Source: a virus
Taxonomy: Duplodnaviria; Heunggongvirae; Uroviricota; Caudoviricetes
Strand: one strand, 5' to 3'
Length of the DNA stretch: 64,000 nt
IMG/VR virus record: IMGVR_UViG_3300032294_002926
Shown: one piece after another, positions 57,950-64,000 of the stretch
Layout: each line of letters opens with the position of its first letter
Position numbering within the stretch: the first letter of the stretch is position 1
Position numbers and translations under genes: made by a program
Notes under the pieces: model-generated
Databases searched by the model: none
What the model was told of the DNA's origin: nothing
What the model saw: only the letters and a program-made list of their open reading frames with translations

Positions 57950-59985
57950 AATTTTATACGAATATAAAAACAATTGGTGATTATATTTTCTACAGAGGTT
58001 ATCAAGATAAAATAGAAATTAAAGACAAAATTAAATATCAACCAACTTTTTTTATTCGTTCTAAAATTAACACAGAATATAAAAACTTGAATGGAGATTA
58101 TCTTGCTCCAATTCAACCTGGAACAATTTCAGAAAGTAAAAGTTTCATTCAAAAGTATAAAGACGTTGAAGGATTTGAGTATTTTGGTAATGAAAATCCA
58201 ATTTATCAATTTATTTCTGAAAATTTCTCAGGTTCAATTGAATATGATATTTCTCAGGTTAAACTGTATATTTTGGATATTGAAACAACCGCAGAAAATG
58301 GTGCAATAAATGCACAAGAAGCGAATGAAGAGATTCTTCTTATTACAATTCAAGATTTTAATAAAAATATTTCTTATACTTGGGGTAGTAGACCATTCAC
58401 AGAAAAAATAGATAACCATGTTTATTATGAATGTGAAAATGAAGTAAAACTTTTACAGAAATTTTTAACATTCTGGGAAAATAATTATCCTGATATTTTG
58501 ACTGGATGGAATTGTATAAATTTTGACATTCCTTATATTATTAATAGAATTTCTAAAAACTTTGGTGAAAATGAAGCAAAAAGACTTTCTGTCTGGAAAA
58601 AAATTTCATGTAGAGAGTTTGTTATTCAAGATAGAGTTGAATATGAATATGATTTATATGGAATTACCACATTAGATTATTTACAATTATTTAAAAAATT
58701 TGCTTTTATTAGTACTGAGAATAATAGATTAGATACAGTAGCAAAAGAAGTTCTAAATGAACAAAAACTAAATCACGATGAATATGATACTTTTAAAGAT
58801 TTTTACACAAATAATTTTGATTTATTTGTAAAGTATAATGTTCAAGATTGTAACCTAATCAGTAGATTTGAAAGAAAATTGAGTCTTATACAACTCGCTT
58901 TTACTCTTGCTTATCAGGCAAAGGTTAACATTCAAGATGTATTCTATCAAGGTAGAATGTGGGATGGTATAATTTATAATTATTTAATTCAAGATAAAAT
59001 TGTAATTCCCTCTAAAAAGAAGACAGGCGAAAAGAAAGAAAAATTTAAAGGGGCACATGTAAAAGAACCTCAGATAGGAAAATTTAAATATGTCTGTAGT
59101 TTTGACCTCGCATCACTGTATCCTTCGTTAATTCGTACTTATAATATAAGTCCGGAGACACTAGTTAAAGATAGAAATATTGAGGTTTCAATTAATTCTA
59201 TTATAGATAATAAATTTGAAAATAAATATCCAGACTATACGATTTGTTCGAATGGGTCCATGTACACCAAAAAAGTGCAAGGATTTCTTCCCAAAATTAT
59301 GGAAAAGATGTTTAATGAAAGAACTGTCTATAAAAAGAAAATGCTTGCGGCACAATCTTTATATGAGACAAATCCATCTCAAAAATTAGAAGAGGAAATT
59401 TCTACATACAAAAACTATCAACATGCACTTAAAATTTGCCTCAACTCTGCTTTTGGTTCTTTAGGTAACGAATATTTTAGATTTTATGATATTCGAAATG
59501 CTGAAGCAATTACTTACTCAGGTCAAACTGTGATTAAATGGATTGAAAAAGATCTTAATTCTTACTTGAATACTGTTTCTGGTACTAAAGATGAAGATTT
59601 AGTCATAGCAATGGATACAGATAGCGTTCTGGGGGGTAGTGTCATTAAAGTAAATAATATAAATATGACAATCTCTGATTTTTATGAGATGATTGATTTT
59701 AATTATTTAAAATATGATGAATTTAATCAAAAATATGTAAAAAAAGTTTCTGAATATATTACACCATCTTTATCTTTTGATAAAAAAATCCAAAATAAAA
59801 GTATTAAATATGTCATGAAACATAAAGTTAAGAAAAGATTATATGAAATTAAAGTAAATGGAAAATCTGTTAAAGTTACAGAAGATCATTCAATTATAGT
59901 TAAAAATAAGAAAACAAATGAAATATATCCAGTGAAACCTCAAGATTTATCACCACAGGATCATTATGTAATTTACATCAAATAA
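57946..59985 (+). CDS. gp43: family B DNA polymerase, N-part + IntN
   Basis: LDIET exonuclease; SFDLASLYPS motif A; KICLNSAFG motif B; AMDTD then SVLGGS. Confidence 0.93.
   Translation: MKFYTNIKTIGDYIFYRGYQDKIEIKDKIKYQPTFFIRSKINTEYKNLNGDYLAPIQPGTISESKSFIQKYKDVEGFEYFGNENPIYQFISENFSGSIEYDISQVKLYILDIETTAENGAINAQEANEEILLITIQDFNKNISYTWGSRPFTEKIDNHVYYECENEVKLLQKFLTFWENNYPDILTGWNCINFDIPYIINRISKNFGENEAKRLSVWKKISCREFVIQDRVEYEYDLYGITTLDYLQLFKKFAFISTENNRLDTVAKEVLNEQKLNHDEYDTFKDFYTNNFDLFVKYNVQDCNLISRFERKLSLIQLAFTLAYQAKVNIQDVFYQGRMWDGIIYNYLIQDKIVIPSKKKTGEKKEKFKGAHVKEPQIGKFKYVCSFDLASLYPSLIRTYNISPETLVKDRNIEVSINSIIDNKFENKYPDYTICSNGSMYTKKVQGFLPKIMEKMFNERTVYKKKMLAAQSLYETNPSQKLEEEISTYKNYQHALKICLNSAFGSLGNEYFRFYDIRNAEAITYSGQTVIKWIEKDLNSYLNTVSGTKDEDLVIAMDTDSVLGGSVIKVNNINMTISDFYEMIDFNYLKYDEFNQKYVKKVSEYITPSLSFDKKIQNKSIKYVMKHKVKKRLYEIKVNGKSVKVTEDHSIIVKNKKTNEIYPVKPQDLSPQDHYVIYIK
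59623..59982 (+). mobile_element. split intein gp43, N-fragment (120 aa, Ser1, basic, no Cys)
   Basis: SVLGGSVI..TISDFY; YVMKHKVKKRLY; block B VTEDHS. Confidence 0.9.
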
Positions 59986-60025
59986 TAATGAGAATGTATA
60001 AAAATACTATTAACGGAGAACTTAA

Positions 60026-60148
60026 ATGAATCTTATATATGATGATACTTTTGAAGTAAATGATTTAGGTGAGCAAGAAGAATGGGTGTATGATATTGAA
60101 GTTGAAGATAACCATAATTTTTTTGCTAATGATATATGTGTTCATAAT
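60026..60148 (+). mobile_element. split intein gp43, C-fragment (41 aa, acidic, Ser+1)
   Basis: VYDIEVEDNHNFFANDICVHN/S. Confidence 0.92.
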
Positions 60149-60964
60149 AGTTGCTTTTTAAATTTTGAACCAATTGTAAACAAAGTATTTAAGGACAAGA
60201 GTGTATCAGAAGAAAAAATCATTCACTTTTTAATTAAAGTCTGTGATGATGCAATGCAAACTTTTATTGATAAATCTTTTAATAAATTATGTGACATTAC
60301 AAATGCATATGAAAATTGTCTTCATATGAAAAGAGAAAAAATATGTTCATCTGCTCTCTGGCGAAGTAAAAAAAATTATATTCTTAATGTATGGGACAAT
60401 GAAGGTGTTTTTTATTCAGAACCAAAAATAAAGATGTCTGGCATCGAAGCAGTAAAAACATCAACGCCATCATATTGTAGAACCGCAATTAGAGATGTAA
60501 TAAAAATTATTATGAACGGTGAACAAGATGAATTAATTGATTTTGTAAATTCTATTAAAAAAGAATTTAAGACTCTCTCCCCAGATCAAATTGCTTTTCC
60601 TAGAGGAGTAACTGATTTACGAAAGTTTTATTCACCAAACGATATCTATGTAAAAGGTACTCCTATACATGTGAGAGGTTCCCTTCTTTATAATTATCAC
60701 ATAGAAAAAAATAATTTGGAAAATAAGTATTCTTTGATAAGAAGTGGGGAAAAAATTAAATATATTTACTTAAAAAAACCAAATACAATAGGAGAAAATG
60801 TTATTTCTTTTATTCAAAAATTTCCAAAAGAACTTAATCTTGACAAATACATAGATTATGATCTACAATTTGAAAAGTCTTTTTTGGAACCAATTAAAAG
60901 TTTAGTTGAAATAATTGGATGGAAAACTGAAAAAGTTGTGGACTTAGAATCATTTTTTATTTAA
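60026..60964 (+). CDS. gp43: IntC + DNA polymerase C-part
   Basis: CVHN|SCFLNF; LHMKRE; KKNYILNV; KMSGIEAVKTSTP; GTPIHVRG. Confidence 0.93.
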   Translation: MNLIYDDTFEVNDLGEQEEWVYDIEVEDNHNFFANDICVHNSCFLNFEPIVNKVFKDKSVSEEKIIHFLIKVCDDAMQTFIDKSFNKLCDITNAYENCLHMKREKICSSALWRSKKNYILNVWDNEGVFYSEPKIKMSGIEAVKTSTPSYCRTAIRDVIKIIMNGEQDELIDFVNSIKKEFKTLSPDQIAFPRGVTDLRKFYSPNDIYVKGTPIHVRGSLLYNYHIEKNNLENKYSLIRSGEKIKYIYLKKPNTIGENVISFIQKFPKELNLDKYIDYDLQFEKSFLEPIKSLVEIIGWKTEKVVDLESFFI

Positions 60965-60974
60965 AGAGGATACA

Positions 60975-61241
60975 ATGAATTTTCTGGAAGATATAATCCA
61001 AGAAATTGGATGTGAGTACGCACAAATCGCAACAGATTTAAAAGAGGGTGAGAATTATGTAGATACTGGGTCTTATATTTTTAATGCACTTGTTTCGGGT
61101 AGTATATTTGGTGGATTTAGTAGTAATAAAATTACTACAATTTCTGGAGCAAGCAGCACAGGAAAGTGTGCCAGAGGGTCGGAAAAAATTATTATCTACT
61201 GTGATGAAGAAACTGCTGATAAAATAAAAAAGATGATTTAA
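60975..61241 (+). CDS. uvsX: RecA-like recombinase N-part + IntN
   Basis: VDTGSYIFNALVSGSIFGG..SGASSTGK then CARGSE. Confidence 0.9.
   Translation: MNFLEDIIQEIGCEYAQIATDLKEGENYVDTGSYIFNALVSGSIFGGFSSNKITTISGASSTGKCARGSEKIIIYCDEETADKIKKMI
61167..61238 (+). mobile_element. split intein UvsX, N-fragment (24 aa, Cys1)
   Basis: CARGSEKIII block A after the Walker A Lys; stop at 61239. Confidence 0.85.
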
Positions 61242-61248
61242 TTTTTTA

Positions 61249-61280
61249 TTGACAGTTACCCTTATAGATAATTATAGATT
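61249..61280 (+). promoter_or_regulatory. possible sigma70 promoter inside the uvsX split
   Basis: Perfect TTGACA at 61249; only imperfect -10 candidates (TATAGA at 18 nt). Confidence 0.4.
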
Positions 61281-61293
61281 TTATTTAAATATC

Positions 61294-61401
61294 ATGGTTA
61301 GAAATCATAGTAATAATCCTAGAATGCCAATATATTGGGAACTTCGTGGATTTTTTCCTGAAGATTCAAAAATTAGAGCAAAAACTGAGTTTAGAAAATG
61401 A
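61294..61401 (+). pseudogene. 35-codon remnant of a homing endonuclease
   Basis: MVRNHSNNPRMPIYWELRGFFPEDSKIRAK resembles KYWLKRGYSLEESIK in the 18953 endonuclease. Confidence 0.5.
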
Positions 61402-61412
61402 GGTAAAACAAA

Positions 61413-61805
61413 ATGGTTGAACTTGAACTTACATATGAACAACTTTATAAAATTTATGGCAATGGGAAACATGAAGAACCTTGTGAAGTTACTGATGAAA
61501 TTTATGTAAAAACTCCTACTGGAATAACTAGAATAAATGAAGTTGTAACAAAACATAACAATGAAGTCATTCGTTTGGATTTTCATGATGGTGATAGATT
61601 TGAATGTTCTGTAAATCACATCTTTCATGATTATAATTCAGGTACCGAAGTAAATGCACTCGATGCTAAAGATATTACATCTACTTACGGTAAAAAAACA
61701 GTAGTTGAAAGAACACCTATTGGATTTGAAAATGTATATGACATTTCTATAGAATATCCTCACTGGTATATTGCAAATTCAAAATCAGGTATCTACCATC
61801 ATAAT
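61413..61805 (+). mobile_element. split intein UvsX, C-fragment (131 aa, Thr+1)
   Basis: Block B CSVNH, block F VYDIS, ends YHHN/T. Confidence 0.88.
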
Positions 61806-62615
61806 ACTTTTTTCGCTTTAGCTGTAATTAAAAATTTCTTGGATCAAAATCCAGAAGGATATTGTTTATATTTTGATACTGAAGCAGCGATTACAAAATC
61901 ATTACTTCAAAGCAGAGGATTGGATATAAGTAGAGTAGTTGTTTTAAATGTTCTGACTATTGAAGAATTCAGAACAAAGGCTTTAAAAGCAGTGGATCTC
62001 TACATGAAAAAACCTGTCAAAGAAAGAAGACCTTGTTTTTTTGTTCTTGATAGTTTAGGAATGCTCTCTTCAAACAAAGAAATTGGAGACGCCTTGGCAG
62101 AAAAAGATACAAGAGATATGACAAAGGCATCTTTGATTAAAGGTGCTTTTAGAATGCTCACTCTTAAGTTGGGACAGGCAAATATTCCAATGATAGTTAC
62201 AAATCACGTTTATGCTAATGTTGGGGGGTATGGCGCTTCTACAGTTCAAAGTGGAGGTTCTGGAGTACTTTATTCATCTTCTACAATCATCGAGTTGTCC
62301 AAATCAAAAGAGAAAGACGGTAAAGAAACGATTGGAGTTATAATCAAAGCAAAAACATTTAAATCAAGATTGAGTAAAGAAAATCAAGAAGTTGAAATTC
62401 GTCTATATTATGATGAAAGAGGTCTAGATCGTTATTATGGTTTACTAGAACTTGGTGAAACTGGTGAATTATGGAAAAGTGTTTCTAATAGATATGAGTT
62501 CCAAGGCAAAAAAATGTTTGCAAAAGAAATTCTGAGAAATCCTGAGCAATATTTTACTCAAGATGTAATGGAAAAATTAGATCAAATTGCAAAAGAACAA
62601 TTTAGTTATGGATGA
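61413..62615 (+). CDS. uvsX: IntC + RecA-like recombinase C-part
   Basis: IYHHN|TFFAL; YFDTEAA; VLDSLGML; IVTNHVY; QSGGSG. Confidence 0.92.
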   Translation: MVELELTYEQLYKIYGNGKHEEPCEVTDEIYVKTPTGITRINEVVTKHNNEVIRLDFHDGDRFECSVNHIFHDYNSGTEVNALDAKDITSTYGKKTVVERTPIGFENVYDISIEYPHWYIANSKSGIYHHNTFFALAVIKNFLDQNPEGYCLYFDTEAAITKSLLQSRGLDISRVVVLNVLTIEEFRTKALKAVDLYMKKPVKERRPCFFVLDSLGMLSSNKEIGDALAEKDTRDMTKASLIKGAFRMLTLKLGQANIPMIVTNHVYANVGGYGASTVQSGGSGVLYSSSTIIELSKSKEKDGKETIGVIIKAKTFKSRLSKENQEVEIRLYYDERGLDRYYGLLELGETGELWKSVSNRYEFQGKKMFAKEILRNPEQYFTQDVMEKLDQIAKEQFSYG

Positions 62616-63165
62616 ACTCAATGATCTGATACACATTTATGAAAATGCATTAGAATCTGAAGTTTGTGATTTTTTAATTTCATTATTTGAACAAGTTCCA
62701 GATAAACATGAAAGATATGAAAATGGAGGAAAACCAAATTTTACACAATTCAATTTAACAGAAAACCGAGAATTATCTTCAGATGTAAATCAAATTCATA
62801 ATCATATTATCAAAAAAATTTTTGAATATCGTGATAAGTATTATGAATTTGTTGATAAAAGAGTTTTTCCAGAAGAACATGCTTTTGAGCAATTTAGAAT
62901 AAAAAAATATAATCATGAACTTGATGATCGTTTTGATACTCATGTCGATGTCATAAATCATGAAACTTCTAGGAGATTTTTATCATTTACTTTTTATTTA
63001 AATGATGTAAAATCGGGTGGTCAAACTGTTTTTAAAGATCTAAGAATTACTCCAAAAAAAGGAAATCTTTTAATGTTTCCTCCACTATGGATGTATCCTC
63101 ATTGTGGAGAATCTCCTTCAAATGAATCGAAATATATTATGACTGCATATTTACATTATAAGTAA
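62608..63165 (+). CDS. 2OG-Fe(II) oxygenase (prolyl-4-hydroxylase-like)
   Basis: FDTHVD (HxD); FYLNDVKSGGQT; LLMFPPLWMYPHCG. Confidence 0.88.
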   Translation: MDELNDLIHIYENALESEVCDFLISLFEQVPDKHERYENGGKPNFTQFNLTENRELSSDVNQIHNHIIKKIFEYRDKYYEFVDKRVFPEEHAFEQFRIKKYNHELDDRFDTHVDVINHETSRRFLSFTFYLNDVKSGGQTVFKDLRITPKKGNLLMFPPLWMYPHCGESPSNESKYIMTAYLHYK

Positions 63166-63170
63166 AAATC

Positions 63171-64000
63171 ATGGAAAAAATTGAAAGAATTATACTACAG
63201 AATTTGATTTTTAATGAAGATTATTCTCGTACCGTTATACATTTTATAAACTCTAATTACTTTGAATTAAAAACCGAAAAAATTATCTTCGAGGAAACTT
63301 TTAAATTTATTTCTAAATATAATTCTTTAATTACTACTGAAGCTTTACATATTGAAATAGAAAAAAGAAAAGATCTGAATGAAAGTGAGATAAAAGATAT
63401 CAGACAAGTTATTTCGACTTTAAATAAATCTGTAACAGATTTTCAATGGTTGGTTGATACTACTGAAAAATGGTGTAGAGATCGTGCAATATATTTGGCT
63501 TTGATGGAGTCCATCTATATTGCAGATGGCAAAAATGATAAAAAAACACCAGATGCAATTCCGAGTATTCTTTCTGATGCATTATCTGTAAGTTTTGATC
63601 GCAATATCGGGCACGATTATTTAAACAATTACCAAGAACGTTATGATTATTATCATAAGAAAGAAGATAAAATTCAATTCGATCTTGATTTTTTAAATAA
63701 AATTACAAATGGTGGTATTCCTAATAAAACATTAAACATTTTAATGTCTGGTCCTAATGTTGGAAAAACTTTGTGTATGTGTCATATGGCATCTTCATTT
63801 TTGCTACAAAATAAGAATGTTTTGTATATTACTTTAGAAATGGCAGAAGAAGAGATTGCCAAACGAATTGATGCTAACATTTTAGACATTCCAATTCATC
63901 AACTTGATGATCTCCCAAAAAATATTTTTGAAAATAAAGTTATGAAACTTTTAAACAAAACAAAAGGAAATCTTGTGATTAAACAATATCCAACAGCATC
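63171..64000 (+). CDS. gp41: replicative helicase, 3'-truncated (missing from the ORF track)
   Basis: MEKIERIILQNL; TEKWCRDRAIYLALMES; SFDRNIGHDY; SGPNVGKT Walker A; YITLEMAEE. Confidence 0.92.
   Translation, partial: MEKIERIILQNLIFNEDYSRTVIHFINSNYFELKTEKIIFEETFKFISKYNSLITTEALHIEIEKRKDLNESEIKDIRQVISTLNKSVTDFQWLVDTTEKWCRDRAIYLALMESIYIADGKNDKKTPDAIPSILSDALSVSFDRNIGHDYLNNYQERYDYYHKKEDKIQFDLDFLNKITNGGIPNKTLNILMSGPNVGKTLCMCHMASSFLLQNKNVLYITLEMAEEEIAKRIDANILDIPIHQLDDLPKNIFENKVMKLLNKTKGNLVIKQYPTA

Noticed and set aside
18595-62615. Split gp17, cobS, gp43 and uvsX interpreted as pseudogenes or assembly frameshifts
   Set aside because: Every break falls between recognisable IntN and IntC blocks, each C-half has its own ATG, and the junctions restore catalytic motifs exactly.
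63171-64000. Intein in gp41
   Set aside because: The visible part is uninterrupted through Walker A; any downstream site lies outside the window.
1-64000. tRNA or rRNA genes
   Set aside because: Intergenic gaps are short and I saw no cloverleaf or T-loop signature; tRNAscan-SE was not run.

Overview
This AT-rich window is the core of a T4-like myophage that resembles cyanophages (Kyanoviridae-like). Almost everything is on the + strand. Gene order: baseplate (gp7-like, gp8, VrlC/DUF4815-like), neck and tail (gp13, gp14, gp15), packaging (gp16, gp17), gp18-gp23, gp3, uvsY, uvsW, gp55, gp47, gp46, def, a vWA/CobS AAA pair, gp45, gp44, gp62, regA, hsp20, gp43, uvsX, a 2OG-Fe(II) oxygenase and the start of gp41. 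The main feature is the intein load: five naturally split inteins (two in terminase gp17, one each in the CobS-like AAA ATPase, DNA polymerase gp43 and UvsX) and two contiguous LAGLIDADG inteins (gp17, portal gp20). Terminase is encoded as three polypeptides, and the middle one has an IntC-extein-IntN layout. The CobS and gp43 split inteins have opposite charge polarity. The spacers between intein halves range from full endonuclease genes down to a 9-nt gap. Other observations: a 7-4-7 palindromic box 31-32 nt upstream of a -10 element (five copies), a probable ACG start for gp15, a T4 capsid-targeting-like N-terminus, and an antisense sigma70 promoter. All family assignments come from motif recognition by eye; no searches were run.
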